Assembly (NCBI GenBank): GCA_039738635.1
Contig: JBCLLN010000001.1
Location: 42,806-106,805 of the forward strand
Length of the DNA: 64,000 nt
DNA from: Candidatus Saccharimonadia bacterium
GTDB lineage: Bacteria > Patescibacteriota > Saccharimonadia > CAILAD01 > BJGX01
Direction: 5' to 3'
Of the stretch, positions 1-10,038 are shown piece after piece; within the stretch, counting starts at the first letter, position 1, and every line of letters begins with the position of its first letter. A model generated the notes under the pieces. That model ran no database searches. It was not told the origin of the DNA and saw only the letters and a list, made by a program, of their open reading frames with translations. The position numbers were made by a program, and so were the translations under genes.

Positions 1-438
1 AAATATTTTGAATGGGAAAGAAAAGGCATTCCACTCAGGCTTGAAGTTGGACCTAAAGATATTCAAAAAGAATCAGTTGTAGTCGTGGACAGAATCCTAG
101 GCAAGAAGGAGTTTGTTCAAAATGTAAAAAGAGCTCCTTATATAAAGGAAAGTTTGGAAAATATGCAAAAAACCTTACTCGAGAAATCAAGAAAGTTTAG
201 GTTAGAAAATACTCGTGAGGTTTCAGATTATGAAGAATTTAAAAAAGTTATGAATGAAAAATCCGGTTTTATCTTTGCTCATTTATGTTTGAATAAAAAT
301 TGCGAGGAAAAAATAAAAGAAGAGACAAACGCTAGCAGTAGATGTATCCCTTTTGATGGGGGTCTAGATAATACTGGTAAATGTATTTATTGCAAGAAGG
401 ATGCTCCTAATAAAGTCTTGTTTGCGAAGGCTTATTAA
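1..438 (+). CDS. proS: Prolyl-tRNA synthetase, archaeal/eukaryotic type, 3' part (runs in from the left edge)
   Basis: Frame 1 is open from base 1: KYFEWERKGIPLRLEVGPKD (anticodon-binding domain) ... RCIPFD...C-x2-C...FAKAY, the C-terminal signature of this ProRS type. Confidence 0.92.
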   Translation, partial: KYFEWERKGIPLRLEVGPKDIQKESVVVVDRILGKKEFVQNVKRAPYIKESLENMQKTLLEKSRKFRLENTREVSDYEEFKKVMNEKSGFIFAHLCLNKNCEEKIKEETNASSRCIPFDGGLDNTGKCIYCKKDAPNKVLFAKAY

Positions 439-446
439 TCTTCGTT

Positions 447-3400
447 ATGAAAAATGTAGTTTCTTATTTTGAAAATCAGGTTACTAAATATCCTGATAAG
501 ATCGCTATTGAATATAAAAATTCAGTTATCACCTATTCAAAACTTAATGAGAAGTCAAACGAGCTTGCTCATTATTTATTGGGACTCAATGTTAAAAAAG
601 ACGATACGATCGCCTTGTTTTTAAGCAAATCAGTCGGGATGATATCGAGTATTTTTGGTATAGAAAAAACAGGTTGCGCTTACTTGCCCATAAATACCAA
701 TTACCCGATCAGTCGAGTGTTAGATATTTTAAATGATTCAAAAAGTAGGGTTTTGGTGACTGAACATAAGTTTAAAAATATAGCTCTGGAAGTTTTCTAT
801 AATGCTCCAATTGTAGAAAAGTTGATTTTTCTCGACAAGGATAATGGGCCTAAGACAGATTTCACCAATAGTAAAAAGTTATGGAATTTCGTATCCACTA
901 AAGATGATTTAATAGAATCTTCCGGATGGATTAGTAGTTATACGAAAAAGCCATTTAGTCGTTTAGAAATTGATGAACTGGTCGGAAATGTTGTTTCAAA
1001 AATTTCCGCTAATCTTAATAAAGATGCTACGGTATTGGAAATCGGGTCAGGTAGTGGTCTGATCGTAAAAGAAATAGCTCCAAAAGTGAGCAAGTACATT
1101 TGCGCGGACATATCTGACATAGTTTTGAAAAAATCAAAACAAATATTTCAGCATGAAGGAATAAATAATGTCGAATTTTTGCAAATAGATAATAACAACG
1201 CCTTTGATTTGAAGGATAAAGTAGATGTTGTAATTATTAACAGCGTTGTTCAATTTTATATAAACTATGGCGAATTAGAAAAAGTAATATTGCATTGTTT
1301 AGATAAGATAAATGAAGGGGGCATTGTTTTTATTGGCGATATTAGAGACCCTGAATTACGGGATTCCTTTTATGAGTCATTGTTACAGGAAAGTGAATCT
1401 ACCATTGATAAGAGCAGAGTCAATGCTATTGCCTTGAAGAAAAGTCTCGATAAAGATTTGTATGTGAACAAAAAATTCTTTATTGAGCTTTCAAAAAAAG
1501 CCACGAGAGTAAAATCCGTGGAGCTTTCCAATAAAATTGGCAAGCTCAAGAACGAGCTTTCGCTGTATAGGTATGACGTAGTCATTAAAAAGAAAAATAA
1601 TAGTACATCAAAAAATCTTGATAATTCAATAGTGTGTTTACCTGACATAAGGCATCTATCTGTTAATAATCCAAATATTGCAATTGATAATCAACAACTT
1701 GCGTATGTGATCTATACATCTGGTTCAACTGGAAAGCCCAAAGGAGTAATGATTGAACATGGTTCATTGTTCAACAGACTCAATTGGATGCAGAATGAAT
1801 ATTTTTTAGATGGGAATGATAAGATACTATTCAAGACCCCATATTCGTTTGATGTTTCTGTTTGGGAAATATTTTGGTGGTCGATGTACGGTTCACAACT
1901 CGTAATTCTTGAGGATGGCTTCGAGGGTGACCCACAAAAAATATTGGAAATAATTAGGATAAAAAATGTATCTATTTTGCATTTTGTTCCGTCGATGTTG
2001 AACGTGTTTCTTTCTTACATTGATACAAACAAAATTAATCTCTCCAGCGCCTCCCCTAAAAAGGTTTTTACGAGTGGTGAGACTTTGACGGTCGATAGTG
2101 TGAATAGATTTAAAAGATTGTTCAGCGTAAACGGCACAGAACTCCATAATCTTTATGGTCCCACAGAAGCTGCTATCGATGTCACGTATTTTGATTGCGA
2201 CAATCTATCTAAATCGAGCAAATTTGTACCTATCGGTAAGTCTATTCCTAATAATAAGGTTTTCATTGCCGACAAGAATCTAAACAAGGTGCCAAAGGGT
2301 GAAGAAGGTGAAATAGTAATTCAGGGAATAAATTTAGCAAGAGGTTACCTTAATAGTAAAGTAAAGACTGATGAGAGTTTTGTTATAGATCCATTTGGTG
2401 TTAGGACGTACAAGACCGGAGATTTTGGGGTTGAGCTTCCTGATGGAAATATTAAGTATTTGGGCCGTAAAGATAATCAGGTAAAAATCAGGGGTAATAG
2501 AATAGAGTTGGATGAAATTTGGAAAGTGATTTTGGAGAACTCGAGTATTCCAGAGTGTTGCGTTATTGATAGTGATGAGTTAAATGAGGATAAAAAAGTA
2601 ATCTGCTTCTACATATCCAACCAACCAATACACGAAGAAGGTCTTGTTCAAATTTTAGGACGTTATCTTCCAGCTTATTCCATTCCAAATCTTTTTATCA
2701 AAATTATAGAAATACCTACAACTTTACACGGAAAACTGGACAGAAACAAGTTGTTAAGTCTAGTTAATCAGGATGTTTCTATTGTTGCTGATAGTGAACA
2801 AAAAACATATACACAAACCCAACAATCTATTATTAAAATACTAAAGAATCATCTCAAAACAAAAGTAGGGATTGATTCTGATTTTTTCAGAATGGGTGGC
2901 AATTCCCTGCTTGCAATGGTTGTTATCAATGAAATTAACACCGAATTTAAAATAAAATTGTCAATAAGCTCTTTCTTTAAAAATCCGACTCCGTCGAAAC
3001 TTGCACATATCATTGATACACAAGAAAAGGAATTACGAAATGTAAATTTTAATCTGAAAATTCCAGCCGGAATATACCCTGCAAGCCATAATCAGATAAG
3101 AAGTTTTTTTCTTAATAACCTCGATAATTTTAGATTTTATAACATTGTGCAAGTTTGCGAATTGACTGCAAACACTGATTTAGATCGCCTAGAAAAGGCA
3201 ATAGAACTTGCTTTAAATAGCCATGACATTTTCAGAACTCTCCTTGTTGAGCACAAAGGTGGCATTTATCAAAAAATAGATAAATCTTCGAAGATAAAAG
3301 TGTCGCGACTTGAACTGGATGAAGTCGGGATGGAACAATTTATCAAAAAACAAAAAGAGTCTAGGATTGATCTGTGTAAAGATTTACCGATAAAGATTTT

Positions 3401-6400
3401 TCTAATAAAGAAAGGGCTGAAAAATCTTTTACTAATGAATATTCATCATTCAGCTTGCGATGCCAGGTCCCTTGAAATTTTAAACACCCAAATTTCCAAG
3501 TTTTATATAGATCCAAATAGTAAAGGTGGTAACCTGCCTAGCACATATATTGATTTTTCTTTGGCCGAAAGAGATACGGTGGCAATTGAAATGGAGAAGT
3601 CAGAATTTTTCTGGAGAAACTACTTACATGCATATACAGATACAAAATTGCCTATTGATCTAAATTTCAAAAGAGATGGCACTTCGGATGGATCACGATT
3701 ATTGAAACTCAAGATTAGTAAGAGTATTTCTAAAAGCATTTTAAAATATTGCCATAATAATGGCATTACAGAATTTAACCTTTTTATAACGCTTTTCACC
3801 ATTTTCTTATCAAAGATATCTTCCGAGCCAGAAGTTATTATAGGCACACCTATCGCCAATCGTATTGAAGAAAATTTTTGGGAAACCATTGGGTACTTTA
3901 CAAACACCGCACCCTTAAGGCTCAAGGTTGATAATAAATCAAGCTTTAGAGAACTATGTTCAGCCTTCAGGGGAAACTACTTGGAATGCATGGATAACGC
4001 TTTTGTTCCTTTTGACAAACTTATCGACAAGATAGGAGTTAAAAGAATTCCAAATACAAACCCTGTTTTTCAAACGCTATTTAGCTTCAAGGAAGCCTCC
4101 ACATTAAGGGAAGATTATATTCTTTCTGGGTCGCAGATAGTTTCTGATGAAGCTGGAGATATGAGTTTGATTTTTGACGTGATAAAGAGAGAAGCTAATT
4201 TTGAAATAAACTTAAGATTCAATTCTAAATTATTTCTACAGGATACTGTCAATAGATTTTTAGAGCACTTCGAGATCTTGGTACAAGCTATCTTTTCACA
4301 AGATATGGTTGATACGGAAATCGGAAAAATTAAAATAATGAATGAGAGACAAACCAAAGAGATAATTAGATTGTCTACGGGCAAAAGAGTGCCGTTTAAT
4401 AAAAAAAAGAAACTTTTCGATTATATTATAGAAGGTGCCCTCTTGAATCCGAAACGTATTGCCATCATCGATCATGACCGTTCTATAACGTACAAGGAAT
4501 TGGCTGAAAGAATCTTTAATTACGCCTATTTCTTGAAACAAAATGGGATAAAAGAGGGTGATTCTGTTCCAGTGATCATGGATAGGAATATTGCTTCGCT
4601 GGTATCAATATATTCAGTTATGTATTGTGGAGCGGCATATATACCCGTTGTTCCAGAGTATCCTGTCGAGAGAATCAGAAATATTATTGAAAGTAACGGG
4701 ATTTCAACTATTGTGAATGCAAGTAATTCTCACGAACTTGAAACCGAGCTAAGGAAAACATCACCCGAATTGTCTTGGTTGGATTACGCCGAGAATATCA
4801 GTGATATAAAGGCATTAGCTTTCAAAATCAAAAGGGATGAAGCAGATATTGCCTGTATATTTTATACATCCGGCTCAACGGGCAAACCAAAGGGTATTCT
4901 GTGTCCCCATTCTGGATATATAAATATTTTTGATTACATCGCACAAAAATATTCTTTAACCAAGAAGACGGTAGCTGGTCATACCTCCAATTTTACATTT
5001 GATATTTCTCTCGGGGTAATGAACGCCGTGTTCAGCAAGGGCGGTACTCTGATGCTATTTTCGTCCGATGAACTAAAAGATCCTGAACAAATCAGGATGG
5101 GTTTGATAAGAAACAAAATTAACTTTGTGCATTTTGTACCTACCATCCTAAATCATTTAAATCTAGAAGACATAGAATTGGAGTCCCTCGCTTCGGGTGC
5201 TGAAAAAATTTCACCGAGTTTAGCAAAAAGTTTATCTACCAAATTCAGTTTTTTCTTTGAGTACGGTCCGACTGAATCATCAATTTTTACAACAGTGTGG
5301 CAAAGGAGTGGTGAAGAGGTCATTGACGTAGTCCCTATCGGGAAACCAGTTGACAATACTAGAGTATATATTTTGGATGAGAATTTAAATTTCGTGCCAG
5401 TCGGAACTCCTGGCGAGATTTATATTGCTGGCGTTGGGGTGTCTAATGGGTATTTGAATGATCTTGATAAGACAAAAGAAGTTTTTATTCAGGACAAACT
5501 GAAGCCGACACAATACATGTATAAAACCGGGGATATCGGAAAATTTATTCATGACGGCAACATCGTATTCCTAGGCAGAAAAGACAATCAGATAAAAATC
5601 GGTGGTTACAGAATTGAAATCGGTGAAATCGAGAATCTGGCATTGAAGCACGAAGATGTATCCTCTTGTTTTGTTGACCTTCAAACAAATGACTCTGGAT
5701 TTTCAAGTATTATTTTGTACTACTCCTCAAAGAAAAAAATTGAGGGCCGAATTTTGAAAGCGTACTTGAGAGAATTCCTCCCTAATTACATGATCCCGGC
5801 TAAGGTGGTTTATGTGTCCAAGATGCCAAATAGGGTGAACGGGAAGATAGACGTCGATAAACTCAGACAAATCAAGGATGCATACGATATTCTCAACGAA
5901 GACTTAACACCAGAACAGAATATCATTAAAAATATATGGTGTAAGACACTAAACATTACCACACTAGATCTGTACAGTGACTTTTTTGAATTGGGCGGTA
6001 GTTCTTTGAAGATACTAGAGACAATCTATTATTTAAGGAAGGACTGTAATATAACTGTCTCAGTATCTGATTTTTACAGAAATACTATATTCAAAAACTT
6101 TTGTGATATTGTTTACTCTAAAAATGAACCTACTGGTGAGATGGCTAAAAATTTATTTGAAAAACCGATAAAACAAAAAATTAAAATACGAAATTTAACA
6201 ACAAGCAATAAAAAGGTTTTATTGACGGGCTCCACTGGTTTTCTTGGTGCACATATACTTAAGGAATTGATCGTTTCAGATTATTTCAGTAGTATTTGCT
6301 TACTTTTGCGCGGTCGAGATTTATTTGAAGCAGAGGGTAAAATTAGAGAAGAATTTAAGTTTTATTATCCCCATATAGATTTAGCAAAGACCAAGGTGAT

Positions 6401-7256
6401 CTTGGGTGAGCTTTCCATTAAGGATCTGGGAGTATCCAAAAAAGATAAATCGATTTTAACGGATGTCGACATCATAATTAATTGTGCAGCTAAAGTGCAG
6501 CATCTTGGAAAGCAAGAGGACTTTGAAAAGATCAATGCATATTCAGTAAAAAACATCATTGAAACTATAGGAAAGAAAGATCTTGAGTTTATTCAAATAT
6601 CTACATTGTCAATATTTGGAAAAGCACCTAATGACAGGGATGTTGTTTATGAGAATGACCTAGGAATAGGTCAAACTTTTCATAATTTTTATGACGAGAC
6701 GAAATTTAAGGCAGAGGTTTATCTAGAAGATTTTTATAAATCTGGGGGTAGAGGCGGTATTTTTAGATTGGGAAATATCATGAATGAATCTGACACAGGG
6801 CTTATGCAGAAGAATCTTGAAGAAAACGCATTCACGATGATGTTTCAATCAATTATCAACACAAAGAATCTTTGGGGGTTAGATAAGTATATAACAAATA
6901 TATCGCCAGTCGATAAATGTGCTGAATTTATTGTTAAATCAATCTGTAATTATAATTTACAAGGCAATACTGTTAATGTTTATAATCCAAATCTTATTTC
7001 CATGGGCGAATTAGTACAATTCGTAAACCACATGGGAAAATACGATATATCTGAGCTAAACAATGAGTCGGAAATGCCTGAAAAATATGTACCCTACTTA
7101 ACTAATTACTTAAATGCGGAAAAAAGAAGTGCTGTAAGGTACGATAGCACCAACTTCAATAAAATAGCAGAAGATCTGAAGTTTTCTTGGCCAATAATAG
7201 ACGCACCCTATGTGTCAAAAATTATTAAGTATATGATAAAATGTAAAATAATATGA
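447..7256 (+). CDS. Bimodular NRPS: A(Ser-like code, interrupted by a methyltransferase)-T-C-A-T-R (terminal thioester reductase)
   Basis: Two YTSGSTGKPKG and two YGPTE motifs; SAM motif VLEIGSGSG; carrier motifs FFRMGGNSL and FFELGGSSL; condensation motif HHSACD; reductase motifs TGSTGFLG and YDETK. Confidence 0.95.
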   Translation: MKNVVSYFENQVTKYPDKIAIEYKNSVITYSKLNEKSNELAHYLLGLNVKKDDTIALFLSKSVGMISSIFGIEKTGCAYLPINTNYPISRVLDILNDSKSRVLVTEHKFKNIALEVFYNAPIVEKLIFLDKDNGPKTDFTNSKKLWNFVSTKDDLIESSGWISSYTKKPFSRLEIDELVGNVVSKISANLNKDATVLEIGSGSGLIVKEIAPKVSKYICADISDIVLKKSKQIFQHEGINNVEFLQIDNNNAFDLKDKVDVVIINSVVQFYINYGELEKVILHCLDKINEGGIVFIGDIRDPELRDSFYESLLQESESTIDKSRVNAIALKKSLDKDLYVNKKFFIELSKKATRVKSVELSNKIGKLKNELSLYRYDVVIKKKNNSTSKNLDNSIVCLPDIRHLSVNNPNIAIDNQQLAYVIYTSGSTGKPKGVMIEHGSLFNRLNWMQNEYFLDGNDKILFKTPYSFDVSVWEIFWWSMYGSQLVILEDGFEGDPQKILEIIRIKNVSILHFVPSMLNVFLSYIDTNKINLSSASPKKVFTSGETLTVDSVNRFKRLFSVNGTELHNLYGPTEAAIDVTYFDCDNLSKSSKFVPIGKSIPNNKVFIADKNLNKVPKGEEGEIVIQGINLARGYLNSKVKTDESFVIDPFGVRTYKTGDFGVELPDGNIKYLGRKDNQVKIRGNRIELDEIWKVILENSSIPECCVIDSDELNEDKKVICFYISNQPIHEEGLVQILGRYLPAYSIPNLFIKIIEIPTTLHGKLDRNKLLSLVNQDVSIVADSEQKTYTQTQQSIIKILKNHLKTKVGIDSDFFRMGGNSLLAMVVINEINTEFKIKLSISSFFKNPTPSKLAHIIDTQEKELRNVNFNLKIPAGIYPASHNQIRSFFLNNLDNFRFYNIVQVCELTANTDLDRLEKAIELALNSHDIFRTLLVEHKGGIYQKIDKSSKIKVSRLELDEVGMEQFIKKQKESRIDLCKDLPIKIFLIKKGLKNLLLMNIHHSACDARSLEILNTQISKFYIDPNSKGGNLPSTYIDFSLAERDTVAIEMEKSEFFWRNYLHAYTDTKLPIDLNFKRDGTSDGSRLLKLKISKSISKSILKYCHNNGITEFNLFITLFTIFLSKISSEPEVIIGTPIANRIEENFWETIGYFTNTAPLRLKVDNKSSFRELCSAFRGNYLECMDNAFVPFDKLIDKIGVKRIPNTNPVFQTLFSFKEASTLREDYILSGSQIVSDEAGDMSLIFDVIKREANFEINLRFNSKLFLQDTVNRFLEHFEILVQAIFSQDMVDTEIGKIKIMNERQTKEIIRLSTGKRVPFNKKKKLFDYIIEGALLNPKRIAIIDHDRSITYKELAERIFNYAYFLKQNGIKEGDSVPVIMDRNIASLVSIYSVMYCGAAYIPVVPEYPVERIRNIIESNGISTIVNASNSHELETELRKTSPELSWLDYAENISDIKALAFKIKRDEADIACIFYTSGSTGKPKGILCPHSGYINIFDYIAQKYSLTKKTVAGHTSNFTFDISLGVMNAVFSKGGTLMLFSSDELKDPEQIRMGLIRNKINFVHFVPTILNHLNLEDIELESLASGAEKISPSLAKSLSTKFSFFFEYGPTESSIFTTVWQRSGEEVIDVVPIGKPVDNTRVYILDENLNFVPVGTPGEIYIAGVGVSNGYLNDLDKTKEVFIQDKLKPTQYMYKTGDIGKFIHDGNIVFLGRKDNQIKIGGYRIEIGEIENLALKHEDVSSCFVDLQTNDSGFSSIILYYSSKKKIEGRILKAYLREFLPNYMIPAKVVYVSKMPNRVNGKIDVDKLRQIKDAYDILNEDLTPEQNIIKNIWCKTLNITTLDLYSDFFELGGSSLKILETIYYLRKDCNITVSVSDFYRNTIFKNFCDIVYSKNEPTGEMAKNLFEKPIKQKIKIRNLTTSNKKVLLTGSTGFLGAHILKELIVSDYFSSICLLLRGRDLFEAEGKIREEFKFYYPHIDLAKTKVILGELSIKDLGVSKKDKSILTDVDIIINCAAKVQHLGKQEDFEKINAYSVKNIIETIGKKDLEFIQISTLSIFGKAPNDRDVVYENDLGIGQTFHNFYDETKFKAEVYLEDFYKSGGRGGIFRLGNIMNESDTGLMQKNLEENAFTMMFQSIINTKNLWGLDKYITNISPVDKCAEFIVKSICNYNLQGNTVNVYNPNLISMGELVQFVNHMGKYDISELNNESEMPEKYVPYLTNYLNAEKRSAVRYDSTNFNKIAEDLKFSWPIIDAPYVSKIIKYMIKCKII

Positions 7257-8458
7257 GTAATATCTACAGTGAATTGTATCCTTTTCATTCTTGGGGAATG
7301 AAAATCGTAAGAGCAGAAGGAGTTTATTTATTTGATGAAGCTGGTAGAAAATTTATAGACTTAACTTCTTCTGCGAGTGTTGCAAATATTGGATATGCAA
7401 ACGAGAGAGTAATCTCAACGATGCGAACACAACTTGGTAAATTAATTTTCTGTCCGCCGTGGTGCATATCAGACGAAGCAGAAGAGCTCTCAGGAAAATT
7501 GATACGGTTATTTCCAAAATATTTGGATACGATTTTGAGAGTTACAACCGGCAGTGAATCCGTAGAAGTCGCTTTGAAGTTGGCGAAAAAATATACAGAA
7601 AGATCTAAATTTTTAAGTTTTGAACATTCTTATCATGGACACACAATCGCCTCAATGGCGATTGGCATGAATGATGGAACTAAGAAAGACTTCCTACCCC
7701 TCATAGAGTCAGACACATTGAAACATCCACACATTGCCAACGGGATACATATGACCGAATCAGATTTATCCAAGACTCTTGCTGAAATAGAAACAAGACT
7801 TAGTACAAAGGAATATGCGGCATTCGTTACGGAAACAATGGCTACAAGCGCGGGGAATTATATGCTTCCAAAAAGTTTTTTCGCGCACCTTAAAGAAATT
7901 TGTAGCAAATACGGGACATTATTGGTTATCGATGAAGTGTTAACAGGATTTGGAAGAGCTGGAAGAATGTTTTCTTTTGAAAGATTTGAAATCCAGCCAG
8001 ATATTGTTTGTATAGCCAAGGGGCTTGGGTGCGGTTATTCTCCGATAGCTGCCGCAATTACAAAAAAAGAAATTGCTGAAGGTTTTGATTATTTCGCAAC
8101 TTTCGCATGGAATCCATTAGCTTGTAAAACAGCGTCTGCTGTTTTAGATGAATATAAGAGATTAGATCTTGTAAAAAACTCTGAAAATGTGGGCTCAGAG
8201 GCTTTGTTGGAATTACAACAAAAACTTGGTAGCAATTTAAATGTTAAAGAAATTAGGGGGGCAGGCCTAAGGATCTCGATTGAGTTTAACAACGAACATT
8301 TCTTTAAGAAAGTAAAAGACAAGCTGTTGGTAAATGGTATTTTTTCTGGCTCGGCTGACTTGCCCAGTATATTAATTATTAGTCCGCCCCTATGTATTTC
8401 TTTAGAGGAAATGAAGTATGTTATTGCCACCATAGTTAATTGTGTTAACAATGAATAA
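7253..8458 (+). CDS. Class III PLP-dependent aminotransferase
   Basis: RAEGVYLFD, YHGHT, DEVLTGFGRAG, AKGLG; overlaps the NRPS stop (ATGA). Confidence 0.93.
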   Translation: MSNIYSELYPFHSWGMKIVRAEGVYLFDEAGRKFIDLTSSASVANIGYANERVISTMRTQLGKLIFCPPWCISDEAEELSGKLIRLFPKYLDTILRVTTGSESVEVALKLAKKYTERSKFLSFEHSYHGHTIASMAIGMNDGTKKDFLPLIESDTLKHPHIANGIHMTESDLSKTLAEIETRLSTKEYAAFVTETMATSAGNYMLPKSFFAHLKEICSKYGTLLVIDEVLTGFGRAGRMFSFERFEIQPDIVCIAKGLGCGYSPIAAAITKKEIAEGFDYFATFAWNPLACKTASAVLDEYKRLDLVKNSENVGSEALLELQQKLGSNLNVKEIRGAGLRISIEFNNEHFFKKVKDKLLVNGIFSGSADLPSILIISPPLCISLEEMKYVIATIVNCVNNE

Positions 8459-9104
8459 AATATCTGACGTGTTAATTTATCGGATCCCACTTACTAGAAC
8501 TGATAAATATACACCCAGAAATACAAATAATAATCTGCCATGTACTAACGCAAAAAATAAGTTTAGTGCAGGTCTTTACTTCTGCTCACTAATTTTGAAA
8601 AAAGATTTTAGAGTTTTTGCCAAAAAGTATATTTTCAATACAAATGGAAAGCCCATTTTGGAATCAGGAGAATGTGAATTTAGTATCTCCTATACGGATG
8701 ATCATGTATATATAGCAATAGTTAGAAGCGATATGATTGGTCTTGACGCTGAGAAGATTAAAGTTATTAATCTCAATGTTTCTAAGGAATTTATGTCAGA
8801 AAGAGAATTAGTAAAATTAAAGAGAACAACAAATAAATACAAATACTTCTATAAAATATGGACACTTAAGGAATCGTATATAAAACTCATTGGTTCAGGA
8901 ATTGATAATTCAATAACCGACATAGAATTTATCGAGGATAAAAACGGAAAAATCTCCATAGCTAAAGAAATTACCCCAAAAATATATTTTAGTAATTTTG
9001 TATCAAAAGATTGTATAATATCAGTTGCTTCGTTTAATTTAGTTAATTTCGAGATTATAGAATTTGATAACGCGAAAGAATTTTTAAAAAAATATGGCTA
9101 TTAA
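8442..9104 (+). CDS. Sfp-type 4'-phosphopantetheinyl transferase
   Basis: NGKP, FSISY, IGLDAE, WTLKESYIKLIG motifs; start may be ATG 8451. Confidence 0.9.
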   Translation: MLTMNKISDVLIYRIPLTRTDKYTPRNTNNNLPCTNAKNKFSAGLYFCSLILKKDFRVFAKKYIFNTNGKPILESGECEFSISYTDDHVYIAIVRSDMIGLDAEKIKVINLNVSKEFMSERELVKLKRTTNKYKYFYKIWTLKESYIKLIGSGIDNSITDIEFIEDKNGKISIAKEITPKIYFSNFVSKDCIISVASFNLVNFEIIEFDNAKEFLKKYGY

Positions 9105-9840
9105 TACCCCAAATAACTTACCAGAGAAGCAATTAAAGGCATTTGCGGATATTGCAGAGAATCTTTTAAGTAATACAGAAATTGACACTTTATTTTTTTC
9201 AGGTTCTTTTTATCATGGCGACTCTGGACCTAATTCAGACCTAGATTTTATTGCAATTACGAAACCTGAATTTGATTATTCTCAGAGAATACAAGACATA
9301 AGTAATGGAATATTTTATGAACTATTTATTTATTCTGAAAATCAATTAAAAAAATCTTTTGAACGAATGGACTATCAGGACATGCATATGGTCGGTTATG
9401 GTTTCTTGGTTTTCTCAAAGAGTCAAAATTTTGAAAGTATTAAAAAACTTGCCAAAAGCTTGTTTGAAAAGGGACCAGCCAAGATATCAGATAATCAATT
9501 TGAATATGAAAAATATTTATTGTGGGATAAATATCATGATATTCTAGATATTATAATTAAGGATTCTAACTTAGCTGAGTCGCTTATGAATATATTGTTA
9601 TGGGATGCCCTAAGGCTTTTATATGTTGATAAGCGTATCTGGTTTCCTAAGCAGAAAAGATTATTTGAATCACTTATTAAGATTGATAGCGATATCTATA
9701 ACTTGGTTTGTGAGTTTCTAAATTCAGATAATGATAAGAAATATTTATTAGGTAATATTGCAAGAATAGTAGAAAATATAATTTACCCAAATAAACTTTC
9801 TGATCCGTTCATCTGGCAGAGTGAGAAAAAGGTCTTGTGA
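9094..9840 (+). CDS. Pol-beta superfamily nucleotidyltransferase with helical C-terminal domain
   Basis: GSFYHGDSGPNSDLD (GS...DxD) followed by an ELF acidic strand; overlaps the PPTase stop. Confidence 0.8.
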   Translation: MAINTPNNLPEKQLKAFADIAENLLSNTEIDTLFFSGSFYHGDSGPNSDLDFIAITKPEFDYSQRIQDISNGIFYELFIYSENQLKKSFERMDYQDMHMVGYGFLVFSKSQNFESIKKLAKSLFEKGPAKISDNQFEYEKYLLWDKYHDILDIIIKDSNLAESLMNILLWDALRLLYVDKRIWFPKQKRLFESLIKIDSDIYNLVCEFLNSDNDKKYLLGNIARIVENIIYPNKLSDPFIWQSEKKVL

Positions 9841-10038
9841 TTATTTTGGCGAGGTTCCATCATCCTTCTGGGAACGTCGCGGTAAGATTATTGTTGATTC
9901 CCTACTCTGTATACTCATTCTAGCTATACTAGTTTTGGTTATTAAATTACTTAGCTCCTAATTGACTTATAATAACTGTATTAAGATGTTGGGAAACAAA
10001 ATTCACACTTAGTGGTTATAGTTAGGTGGTGGTTTTAA

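Noticed and set aside
938-6559. Short minus-strand ORFs inside the NRPS, and similar ORFs opposite other long genes (e.g. 34179..34823)
   Set aside because: Shadow ORFs with no motifs, opposite well-supported genes
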